Assembly (NCBI GenBank): GCA_016215315.1 | Contig: JACRKG010000011.1 | Span: forward strand, 537-64,536 | Source of the DNA: Candidatus Woesearchaeota archaeon | GTDB taxonomy: Archaea; Nanobdellota; Nanobdellia; Woesearchaeales; ARS49 | DNA: 64,000 bases | Direction: 5' to 3' | In this document: piece by piece, positions 44,207 to 52,335 of the stretch | How the letters are laid out: each line of letters begins with the position of its first letter | Position numbering within the stretch: position 1 is the stretch's first letter | Program-made: the position numbers and the translations under genes | The notes under the pieces: model-generated | What the model saw: only the letters and a program-made list of their open reading frames with translations | Databases searched by the model: none | Told to the model about the DNA's origin: nothing

Positions 44207-44325
44207 AATTCTTTATATGTTTTTCTAGAAAGATTTCTCAGAAAAGTGAGAAATTTTTCCAAAAAAATGAGAAAATTTCTCAAAAAATGGAAATATTTTC
44301 CAAAAAATTAGAAAAAATTTACTGA
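44207..44325. repeat. about 110-nt repeat element copy 1: TTCTTTATATG-TTTCTAGAAA plus 4-5 units of 21-nt period built on palindrome GAGAAATTTCTC
   Basis: Near-identical copy at 51671..51770 in direct orientation. Confidence 0.7.
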
Positions 44326-44344
44326 ATTGAATTAGACTTATTTT

Positions 44345-44581
44345 TTAACTACAATAACGATCGTATCCTCCATCATAGTCACGACCACAATTTCTTCTTT
44401 GTTTTCGCTCTTCTGCGTCCATAGCTACTGCTCGATCTTCAGCATCGCCAAATAAATCAGTAACATTTACAACAGTTCTTCCTGTTTTTTTCAGTTGAGC
44501 ATCAATTTGTCTTTTCAATTCTGCAGCTTTTTGCTGATCTTCAGGTGTTAATTTATCAGATATTTCTTTTTTTTCAGACAT
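44345..44581 (-). CDS. hypothetical small charged protein
   Basis: 78-aa ORF with coding periodicity. Confidence 0.4.
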   Translation of the reverse strand: MSEKKEISDKLTPEDQQKAAELKRQIDAQLKKTGRTVVNVTDLFGDAEDRAVAMDAEERKQRRNCGRDYDGGYDRYCS

Positions 44582-44726
44582 TTATTTTCCTCCTATTTTT
44601 ATTCATATTAAATACTCCTAGTATTTAAATGTTTCGAAATATTTACTACCATTTAGTGGCAAAAGTAGAAAGATTTAAAAGATCGGCAGAAATACCAGGT
44701 TAAAGAAGATTTTAGGGGGTATCAAA

Positions 44727-45728
44727 ATGGCAAACTTACACGAACTTTTCAGAAAATATGTTCAAGAAAGACAACAAGTTAGTTCTTTAGGACAACAATT
44801 AACACAACAAAGAGTAGAACTTACTGATTTAGAAAAAGCTTTAGATGGTGGCCAAGTTAAAGATGCTTTAACAAAAGAAATACAAACAAGAGAAGGACAA
44901 GTAGCCGAAGCAAAAAAAGCTTTAGAAGCAGGACAATTAGAACAAGGGTACAATGCTTTATTTCCTCAAGAAGCAAAAGTTTGTGTAGCACCAGTAAAAA
45001 AAGATATTCTTGCAGGATTGGATATTGAATTAAGATCAGATAAATTTACCTCATTTTCAGAAAATTTAGAAAGATTAAGACTTGCAGGATATGACCGACA
45101 TATAAGACCTGCCGAACTTATAGAAGTTCTATCAAGATACTTTGAAGGAGATAGAAATTATGAACAAACAGCCGAACTCTTCAATAATTCCAAGATGGTT
45201 TATGGAAACATCGCTTGGGTTGGTTTGGCTGCAAGATTAAAAAAAGGCAGCCAAGAAATCGAGTTCGCTTTAGATCCTGAATTCAACACGCCTTACAAAG
45301 CATACTTACTTGAAATAGATCCATTAAAAGCAAGTAAAAAAATAACACTAAATTCTTTATTATTCAACGGAATAAAAATCTACCAACAATACGATTTTGG
45401 AACCGTTATAGAAACAAAAGTAAACGAATTACCTGAAGAATTAGTTGAACTTCTTTGTGGCAGAAGTTCTGAAGATTTACCTGAAAAATTAAACGACTTG
45501 ATGTTATCATTGCGTCTAAATGAGCGGGAATGGTCCGTTCTAGCATTCGGAAGAGCATCTTGTGGAAACTTTTATTTCACAAATGCACCAACACAATTTG
45601 TACCTGCCCAATCTATAGGCGTAAAAAATCACACATCAGTACAGGAAGAAGATAAAGTTCCTACAAAATTAGAATATAACGGAGGTAAAAAAAATGAAAG
45701 AAGCATTAAACAAGTATACTCAAGCTAA
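44727..45728 (+). CDS. hypothetical protein: N-terminal coiled coil, paralogous to next gene, no MIDAS motif
   Basis: N-terminus KYVQERQQVSSLGQQLTQQRVELTDLEKAL parallels KYTQAKVEVDSRRQEVAGLEATLAGQ of the next gene. ALFPQEAKV vs LLFPDQVV. Confidence 0.5.
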   Translation: MANLHELFRKYVQERQQVSSLGQQLTQQRVELTDLEKALDGGQVKDALTKEIQTREGQVAEAKKALEAGQLEQGYNALFPQEAKVCVAPVKKDILAGLDIELRSDKFTSFSENLERLRLAGYDRHIRPAELIEVLSRYFEGDRNYEQTAELFNNSKMVYGNIAWVGLAARLKKGSQEIEFALDPEFNTPYKAYLLEIDPLKASKKITLNSLLFNGIKIYQQYDFGTVIETKVNELPEELVELLCGRSSEDLPEKLNDLMLSLRLNEREWSVLAFGRASCGNFYFTNAPTQFVPAQSIGVKNHTSVQEEDKVPTKLEYNGGKKNERSIKQVYSS

Positions 45729-46488
45729 AGTTGAAGTTGATTCAAGAAGACAAGAAGTTGCAGGTTTAGAAGCAACATTAGCAGGACAAAATCAATCTTT
45801 TGCAGCAACAGAACAAGAATTAAAAGCTGCAATCCAACAAGAAATAGACGCAAGATTTGCATCATTAACAGAAGCAGATAAAGCACTATTACAAAACGAC
45901 CCAGTCAAAGCATACCAATTATTATTTCCGGACCAAGTAGTTAGTCCAGGAAAATACAGAGGATTTGCAGTATTATTAGATAGTTCTGGATCAATGGAAG
46001 ACTTCGGCGCATTTAAAGAAGCATCTCAAGGAGCTCAAGAAGCATTTAATTTTTGTACTGGTGACGGAGCAGTAATAAATTTCAGTCTTGAAACTTTATT
46101 TTCCGGTTGGACTTATTTACTAGATGCTTATGGAAAAAACGGTTATAGAACAAGAAATGTTTGCGCTATGAGCTTTCTTAGTGATTACTTGAGAACTTTT
46201 CAAAGAGGCGGAACTCAATTAAGCAACAAAGAATTAATGCAATTAATAAATCAAGCAAAAGAACCTTTTTACGCACTAATGGTGACCGATGGACAAATCG
46301 AGAATTTCAACAAAATACAAGACACTCTAAAAAGCTTAAAAGAAAAGGGCAATGAACTAGAAATAATTTACCTAGGTTCTGACGCTAAGTGTCTTAAAGA
46401 CTTGACAGCTTTAGCAAAAGTTCAATCAGTCAAACCAAACCAAGTAAAAGCAAAAATACTAGAGTGCGCTAGAGCTAAACTTGAATGA
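45694..46488 (+). CDS. von Willebrand factor A (vWA) domain protein with N-terminal coiled coil
   Basis: MIDAS residues: VLLDSSGSM (DxSxS), GGTQLS (Thr), VTDGQ (Asp). Overlaps previous gene by 35 nt. Confidence 0.6.
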   Translation: MKEALNKYTQAKVEVDSRRQEVAGLEATLAGQNQSFAATEQELKAAIQQEIDARFASLTEADKALLQNDPVKAYQLLFPDQVVSPGKYRGFAVLLDSSGSMEDFGAFKEASQGAQEAFNFCTGDGAVINFSLETLFSGWTYLLDAYGKNGYRTRNVCAMSFLSDYLRTFQRGGTQLSNKELMQLINQAKEPFYALMVTDGQIENFNKIQDTLKSLKEKGNELEIIYLGSDAKCLKDLTALAKVQSVKPNQVKAKILECARAKLE

Positions 46489-46939
46489 AATGAATCTTAA
46501 ACAAATCGTTCAAGATCTTTTTCAGAATTACAAAGCAAATAAGCAAACCATTCAAGAAAGAGAAGTTCTGGAAGAAGAACTTCTTTCATTCTCAGGAATT
46601 GAAAGAAATGATTCTTATTTTTTTGTTTTGATACCTGTTGACTCTCCCGACCTTCAACATTTTGGTTCTGCTTGCGGTGAATTTGGAAACAAAATGTTCT
46701 CTAGCAAATCATTAGCAACATTTCTTAAAAACAAAGATGTAAAAAACATTTTAGGGATTGTTTACCAACCACACTCAGATTTTACTTATTCAAATAATAC
46801 TGTAGCTTTAAGCGCCATTGCATTACCAATTGTTGGAAAAGATGGGCACGTATTTCAATTTTTAGCAGAAAAAAACAAAGGCAGCTTCAGATATGAAAGA
46901 TCAAGAGTTAAAGTATGGAGCGTTTACGAATCGGAATAA
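46481..46939 (+). CDS. hypothetical protein (152 aa), third gene of the cassette
   Basis: Overlaps the vWA gene stop by 8 nt. Confidence 0.45.
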   Translation: MNEMNLKQIVQDLFQNYKANKQTIQEREVLEEELLSFSGIERNDSYFFVLIPVDSPDLQHFGSACGEFGNKMFSSKSLATFLKNKDVKNILGIVYQPHSDFTYSNNTVALSAIALPIVGKDGHVFQFLAEKNKGSFRYERSRVKVWSVYESE

Positions 46940-46945
46940 AAAGAT

Positions 46946-47479
46946 TCAAAACTTATCACTGATATCTTCAGTCCTAAAACCTTTAACAAGAGCCACTCCA
47001 TCTATTGTGGAATGATTGTAAGTCTCTACATCTACCATTCTAAGTATTTGATGAACTTTAACTATTGGAGGCCATAGTTGAATCCAGGTACCTTTGGGAG
47101 TTATTTCGTCATTTACATTCTCTATCTGATTGCGACATTCTGGATAACACATAATAAGCAACAAACTTTCACCACCATAATCTTTTGCAAGAATATGAGA
47201 ATACCATGAGCTATCATTCAGTCCAGTTTCTAAAGTTGGCACACCATCAATAATTGCACATTCATCTTTCTCATAAACAATTCTCCTACCATCTCTAACC
47301 AAATATTGATAAATTGCATCATCAAGTTTGGCAGTGCTCATACACCCCCTATTCGCCATAGTAGTTTTTCTTTTATCAAATACTTTTCTTACTGAATCAT
47401 AGCCTTGCAAAAAGGTCGTAGAATTAATTCCAGATACTATATAACCTTTATAACCTAAATTTTTTGACATTTTTATCAC
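46946..47479 (-). CDS. hypothetical protein (177 aa) with conserved-looking Cys/His residues
   Basis: Clear ORF. No family assigned. Confidence 0.45.
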   Translation of the reverse strand: MIKMSKNLGYKGYIVSGINSTTFLQGYDSVRKVFDKRKTTMANRGCMSTAKLDDAIYQYLVRDGRRIVYEKDECAIIDGVPTLETGLNDSSWYSHILAKDYGGESLLLIMCYPECRNQIENVNDEITPKGTWIQLWPPIVKVHQILRMVDVETYNHSTIDGVALVKGFRTEDISDKF

Positions 47480-47597
47480 CTGTCTTAAAATACATCATTA
47501 TAAGAATATGCACCCTATTTAAATCTTTCTATTTTAACCACTTACGAGTGATTACAAAACAAAACATTTATAAAGAGCTGCGTTTCTTACTCAATTC

Positions 47598-48080
47598 ATG
47601 ACATTTTACATCATAATTAGAGGACCTTTGGGGGTTGGCAAATCTACGATTAGTAAAAGTATTGCTAAAGAATTGAATGCAGAGTATATTTCAATAGACA
47701 AAGTATTATCTGAAAATGGTTTAGATAAAGTAGAGAATGACATTCCTGAAAAGAATTTTATTAAAGCTAATGAAATAATACTTCCTAAAGCTCAAGAAAT
47801 TTTAAGCAGAGGAAAACCAATAGTTTTTGATGGTAATTTTTACTTTCATGCACAAATCAGCCACCTAATTGAAAATTTAGAAGGTCAACATTATATTTTT
47901 ACTTTAGACGCTAGCATAGGAACTTGCATTAGGAGAGATGCTCAGAGAGAAAAACCTTGCGGTGAAGACGCTGCAAAAGCAGTTTACAGTTTAGCATCTA
48001 GAGTTATTTACGGACAAAAGATTAGCACTGAAAACAAAAGCATAGAACAAGTTATTGAGGAAATAAAAAAACAATTATGA
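47598..48080 (+). CDS. P-loop kinase (AAA_33 / zeta-toxin / CPT-like fold)
   Basis: Walker A IIIRGPLGVGKST at extreme N-terminus. Walker B-like IVFDGNFYF. Confidence 0.65.
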   Translation: MTFYIIIRGPLGVGKSTISKSIAKELNAEYISIDKVLSENGLDKVENDIPEKNFIKANEIILPKAQEILSRGKPIVFDGNFYFHAQISHLIENLEGQHYIFTLDASIGTCIRRDAQREKPCGEDAAKAVYSLASRVIYGQKISTENKSIEQVIEEIKKQL

Positions 48081-48316
48081 GATCAATAGAATTTGTCGCG
48101 GTAATAAAATACCTAAACATGAATGAAGACGCAGTTAGATTAATTTTTGAGAGACTGTGTCCTGGAGAATATTATTGTAGACACTTTGAAAATTTAAGAA
48201 GAAAGGACATTATAGGAATAGTAGATATTACAGATTACGATCAAGTGTTTAACAGAGGAGTACCTTCAGATTTAGGCAGATTCATTGAAAGAATAGCAAT
48301 AATCGATGAGCACTAA
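48077..48316 (+). CDS. hypothetical small protein translationally coupled (ATGA overlap) to the P-loop kinase
   Basis: 79-aa ORF. Confidence 0.4.
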   Translation: MRSIEFVAVIKYLNMNEDAVRLIFERLCPGEYYCRHFENLRRKDIIGIVDITDYDQVFNRGVPSDLGRFIERIAIIDEH

Positions 48317-48370
48317 CGACAAAAACTTTAAAAACAAACAAATTAAACACAATCTTTTGGAGGAAATAAT

Positions 48371-49060
48371 ATGGAAACACAAACAAAAACACACGAACAT
48401 AATCATGAAAAGCATAATCATAGTTGCAACAACACTCATTCGACGCCAAGCGACCCTCTGACACCCAGTAACATTTCGACACCTAATGATACCAAGGACA
48501 ACGATTTTGGAGTAGTCAAAATCACTAAAAGTATGACTATTGGTGAGCTTGTGCAAACGTATCCTTCTTGCGCTGAAGTTTTAATGGAGGCTGGAGTTCA
48601 TTGCGTAGGTTGCGGTGCAGCTTTTTGGGAAACAATAGAACAAGGACTTAAAGGCCACGGAATGAGTGATGAAGACGTCGATGAAGTGGTTAAACAATTA
48701 AATGATGCAATTCCTAAAGATGCAGGCGGAAGCAATGATACTGTTGTCGTTACTGAAAAAGCGGCAGAAAAATTAAAAGACATTCTTAAGGAACAAAAAA
48801 AAGAAGGCTACGGATTAAGAATTGAAGTTCTTCCAGGAGGATGTTCTGGATTCCAGTATGCTTTTGATTTCGAAAATGAAAAGAAAGAAAATGATACAGT
48901 AATAGAAGTTAGCGGAGTTAATTTTTTTGTCGATAATGAAAGCATAAAAATGCTTAGAGGAGCAAGAATTGATTACGTTGACAGCTTGCAAGGTGCTGGA
49001 TTCAAAATAAGCAATCCTAATGCAAAAAGCACTTGCGGTTGCGGACAGTCGTTTAGTTAG
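48371..49060 (+). CDS. fusion protein: His-rich N-terminus + DUF1858 (hybrid-cluster-associated redox disulfide domain) + HesB/IscA-type Fe-S cluster insertion domain
   Basis: HEHNHEKHNHSCNNTH. TIGELVQTYPSCAEVLMEAGVHCVGCG (DUF1858). C-terminal IscA signature CSGF...CGCGQSF. Confidence 0.65.
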   Translation: METQTKTHEHNHEKHNHSCNNTHSTPSDPLTPSNISTPNDTKDNDFGVVKITKSMTIGELVQTYPSCAEVLMEAGVHCVGCGAAFWETIEQGLKGHGMSDEDVDEVVKQLNDAIPKDAGGSNDTVVVTEKAAEKLKDILKEQKKEGYGLRIEVLPGGCSGFQYAFDFENEKKENDTVIEVSGVNFFVDNESIKMLRGARIDYVDSLQGAGFKISNPNAKSTCGCGQSFS

Positions 49061-49150
49061 AAATTTACGGTTTGTAGTTCACAGTGAAAAACTCAGCGGC
49101 CATTCGACACCAAGTAATATTTTGATACCGAAATGATGTCTCGGACGGCA
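49061..49150. repeat. intergenic repeat-family copy (AAATTTACGGTTTGTAGTTCACAG) plus conserved 47-nt leader motif
   Basis: CCATTCGACACCAAGTAATATTTTGATACCGAAATGATGTC matches 7891..7931. Imperfect stem GCCATTCGA / TCGGACGGC. Confidence 0.55.
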
Positions 49151-49176
49151 TAAATAAAATATGACAGGAGAAAAAA

Positions 49177-49779
49177 ATGAAAGTACTAGCGTTTAGCGAT
49201 GTTCACGGCGATCATTCTTTAATTAGAAAGCACGTTGAAACTGCAAAAAAAGAAAACGTTGACTTGGTTATTATTGCAGGAGACTTTTCAGTGTTAGACC
49301 AAGCACCGCAAAACTTAATAGGTCCGTTTAAAGCTATTGGAAAAAAAGTTTTAGTTGTTCACGGAAATCATGAAAGCGAAACAACGCTTGAATTTTTGTC
49401 TGAAAGTTATAAAGTTGGAAATCTTAACAAGTATGCTGTAGAGTATGATGGCGTAGGATTTTTTGGTGCTGGTGGAGCAAGTATTGGTCCTTTTATGACT
49501 CCGGAAAAAGTAATTTTTGAAAGAATAAAAAACGGACACAAGTATGTTAGCAAAGCAAAGAAAAAAATCATGGTAACTCATTCTCACCCAAGTGGTTCTT
49601 TGATGGAACAGTTTTCTAATATTGTTCCAGGTAGCGAAAGTGTTAGAAGAGCAATAGAACAATTTCATCCAGATATTGTGGTTTGCGGTCACGTTCATGA
49701 AGCTCAAGGAATCGAAGAAAAAATAGGAAATACTAGAGTAATTAATGTTTCTAAAGTTGGAAAAATATTTGACATATGA
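49177..49779 (+). CDS. calcineurin-like metallophosphoesterase
   Basis: LAFSDVHGD, IIAGDFS, VHGNHE, GHVHEAQG motifs. Confidence 0.7.
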   Translation: MKVLAFSDVHGDHSLIRKHVETAKKENVDLVIIAGDFSVLDQAPQNLIGPFKAIGKKVLVVHGNHESETTLEFLSESYKVGNLNKYAVEYDGVGFFGAGGASIGPFMTPEKVIFERIKNGHKYVSKAKKKIMVTHSHPSGSLMEQFSNIVPGSESVRRAIEQFHPDIVVCGHVHEAQGIEEKIGNTRVINVSKVGKIFDI

Positions 49780-49889
49780 TTCTAGAATCAAGCTTGCTTC
49801 GCGATTAATGATTCCATAATAATTTGACTTCCAAAGTTTTAACAACAAGAGTGGGCGTGTTATTTTTAATTAATTTTCTCCTTTTAAAT

Positions 49890-50040
49890 TTTTGTCTCAG
49901 CCCGTCCGCGAATTGATAAAAATTTAATTGTGGCGGACGGTCTTCGAGAATTATAGTTAAAGATCATTCCGAAGATTGGCGGGCCAAAGTTCATATCAAT
50001 TTGCCCGCCAATCTTCGTGTAAATGTCCGCAGGACTGGAA
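49890..50040. other. GC-rich cluster of hairpins in intergenic DNA (candidate structured RNA or terminator cluster)
   Basis: CCGTCCGC-N23-GCGGACGG. Perfect 14-bp inverted repeat CGAAGATTGGCGGG-N20-CCCGCCAATCTTCG (49970..50017). GTCCGC recurs. Confidence 0.35.
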
Positions 50041-50097
50041 ACTGAGAATTTTCATCATAAAAATAAAAACCAATTAAACCACCCGAACATAACCTTT

Positions 50098-50115
50098 TTG
50101 TGTACTAGTACACAA
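50098..50115. promoter_or_regulatory. perfect 18-nt palindrome TTGTGTACTAGTACACAA about 55 nt upstream of the 50174 start: candidate operator
   Basis: Read directly. Self-complementary. Confidence 0.4.
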
Positions 50116-50173
50116 TTAGGTTTTTAAATCTTGATTGGTTTCTCTGAGTTATTCGAGTGGAGGAAAAAATAAA

Positions 50174-51127
50174 ATGGAAAGAACAATTGTTGTTGATGAT
50201 TTAACTTATTTTAGAGCTTTAGATTATAGTGTTAGAGAAGCCATGAAAGCTTTTGAGACTTCTTTGGTCGAAGCTGCTGAACAAACAGTTAGTGATATTG
50301 AAGCGAAAGTTGGAAGTTATCCTGTTGAAGGGTACTATCATGAAACAGAAAACTTAACGAGATACTTTAATGCAATAAGAACTTTACAAGATCCAGTAAA
50401 TTTTTCAGAAAAAGTAACTGATAACATAAAATTGTTTAACAAAATTTACACACATCCAGTTTTTGGGTTAAAACAAGCAATGCCTACAGCATTAAATAAA
50501 GATGCTTACTGGAAAGATCATGAACCCGTTGTTGTTTCTCCAGTTATTGATCCAGTGACTATTGCAACACAAAAAACTTATCCTAGTTGGACTTTTGATA
50601 CAATCATGACTGCTATTGAAGGACAAGAATTAGGAACTTGCCTTGTTGGTTTGGCAGCTCTCGTTGACCAGAATAATAAAGTTGACGGAAAATACAATCC
50701 TGTAGCTACAACTTGGGCTAGAGAAACTACTGTTTTGTCAGCTGCAAAATTTGTAGCAAGAAGCTGCATGCCTTCAAAACCAACAATTGATTGGCAAGTG
50801 AGCAAAGAAGTAGAAGAATACGGCACTAAAGTACTTGCAGGATATGCTGACTTAATAGAGAATAATTCTCTCACAAGAAATGTAAGAAGACCTTATGAGG
50901 TTAATGAGAAAACAATTAGCGCATTATTGAGCAATTCAGAAAACCCACGAAGATGTGTTCATTTATGCACTGACGACAAAAAAAATCACTATCATTGGGC
51001 TGTTGCAGTTGATAACAACGGTAAGTACAGAGTAGTTGACTTTTATGCAAAAAAAATAGTGACAACAAAAGAATACCAAAAAGATCCAAGCGCAGTATTA
51101 CAGCTTGAATTTTTTGATAGAAACTAA
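50174..51127 (+). CDS. hypothetical protein (317 aa), possible Cys/His hydrolase
   Basis: Start at MERTIVV. C-terminus CVHLCTDDKKNHYHWAVAVD. Confidence 0.45.
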   Translation: MERTIVVDDLTYFRALDYSVREAMKAFETSLVEAAEQTVSDIEAKVGSYPVEGYYHETENLTRYFNAIRTLQDPVNFSEKVTDNIKLFNKIYTHPVFGLKQAMPTALNKDAYWKDHEPVVVSPVIDPVTIATQKTYPSWTFDTIMTAIEGQELGTCLVGLAALVDQNNKVDGKYNPVATTWARETTVLSAAKFVARSCMPSKPTIDWQVSKEVEEYGTKVLAGYADLIENNSLTRNVRRPYEVNEKTISALLSNSENPRRCVHLCTDDKKNHYHWAVAVDNNGKYRVVDFYAKKIVTTKEYQKDPSAVLQLEFFDRN

Positions 51128-51183
51128 TAAATTAAGTTTACATCAGAAGATCAAAACGCCCGAGTGATTACGCTCAGAATTTT

Positions 51184-51504
51184 TTAACTAAATAATTTAG
51201 TTTTAATAATAGTCAGATCTTTATTTATTTTTTCAAATTTTGAAGAAGTTTCTTTTTTAAATTCTTTCAGATCAAGTTTAAGTTCTTTGATGTCTTCTTG
51301 AATGTGTTCAATGGAAGAGGAAAATTTCCCAGTAGTATAGAATATATTAATAACCATAATTCCTATTCCTACAGACAAAGCAACAGTTATTTCATCTAAA
51401 GTAGGACTGTGCCCAGTTAATTTTAGTAAAATCATATATATTACCACTAAGAAACAAACTATAGATAGTATCGATACCACTAAATTAATCAAATCTTTTA
51501 TCAT
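51184..51504 (-). CDS. hypothetical small membrane protein with C-terminal coiled coil
   Basis: Two TM helices then a KELKLDLKEFKKE heptad region. Confidence 0.4.
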   Translation of the reverse strand: MIKDLINLVVSILSIVCFLVVIYMILLKLTGHSPTLDEITVALSVGIGIMVINIFYTTGKFSSSIEHIQEDIKELKLDLKEFKKETSSKFEKINKDLTIIKTKLFS

Positions 51505-51670
51505 TTCACACCTTTCAAAAGCATTAGCACAGCTAAAAACAAAGTCAACGCCAAAATCCAAGGCATAATTGCGTAATACAACTTGTTAAATTTAGCATAA
51601 AAAATGTCAAATTTGCTTTCTGTTGAGTTTATCGTCAATCGATTCATTTTACAAATCATATTAAACAATT

Positions 51671-51770
51671 ATTCTTTATATGTCTTTCTAGAAAAATTTC
51701 TCAGAAAAATGAGAAATTTTTCCAAAAAATGAGAAGATTTCTCAAAAAGTTGAAAATCTTTCAATGGTTG
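51671..51770. repeat. about 110-nt repeat element copy 2 (GAGAAATTTCTC-type palindrome array)
   Basis: ATTCTTTATATGTCTTTCTAGAAAAATTTCTCAGAAAAATGAGAAATTTTTCCAAAAAATGAGAAGATTTCTCAAAAAG matches 44207..44300 at about 90%. Confidence 0.7.
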
Positions 51771-51811
51771 GAGAATTCTTCAAGTACAGAGAATTTTGCG
51801 AAGCAAAATTC

Positions 51812-52228
51812 TCACTTCATCTTTTTTGTTACTGCAATTCTTTCTTTGCATTTGCTGCAATTAAATACTACTGCATCTGCAGTTACATCTTTTTGTTTTG
51901 CTTCGTCAAATATTTTTACTTTTTTTCTTGCAAAAGGAATTTGTGTTTCTCCTTCATTTTTGCATTTGCCGCAAGTGTATTGTATGTTTGCAGTTAGTGT
52001 ATCTTCGTAAGCTTCTTTTTCAACAGTGTGACCACATTCAGGACAAGTATATTCGTTTGCTCTAATCTTTGGCTTTCCAGTTTTAGGATCTTTTGGTTTA
52101 CCCATTGTTCCTTTTTTGCATTGAGGACAAGTTTCTTTGAACACCCAAGTAACTATTTTTTGATCACCAACTAATCTTCTAGTGAAATAAGCACAATCGT
52201 CCATACTATCCGGATATTTTAATGCCAT
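51812..52228 (-). CDS. zinc-ribbon protein with four CxxC pairs
   Basis: CPQC...CPEC...CGKC...CSKC spaced as two Cys4 ribbons. Confidence 0.6.
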   Translation of the reverse strand: MALKYPDSMDDCAYFTRRLVGDQKIVTWVFKETCPQCKKGTMGKPKDPKTGKPKIRANEYTCPECGHTVEKEAYEDTLTANIQYTCGKCKNEGETQIPFARKKVKIFDEAKQKDVTADAVVFNCSKCKERIAVTKKMK

Positions 52229-52335
52229 GAATGGAATAGAAACTAAGATGTATTTAAATTTAACTGGGAAAAGGTTGTTAAAATATTCTTACTACAGTCA
52301 AAAAGCTTAAATAACACTTCAATAAATTTAAACTC

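Noticed and set aside
44207-44325. Possibility that the 21-nt periodic array is a CRISPR array
   Set aside because: Units are only about 21 nt with no intervening unique spacers, repeats are degenerate, and no cas genes are in the window. Fits an operator or hairpin array better.
51729-52010. Plus-strand ORFs 51729..52010 and 51764..51997
   Set aside because: Both are antisense to the clear four-CxxC zinc-ribbon gene 51812..52228 and begin inside the repeat array. Low-complexity Phe/Leu-rich translation.
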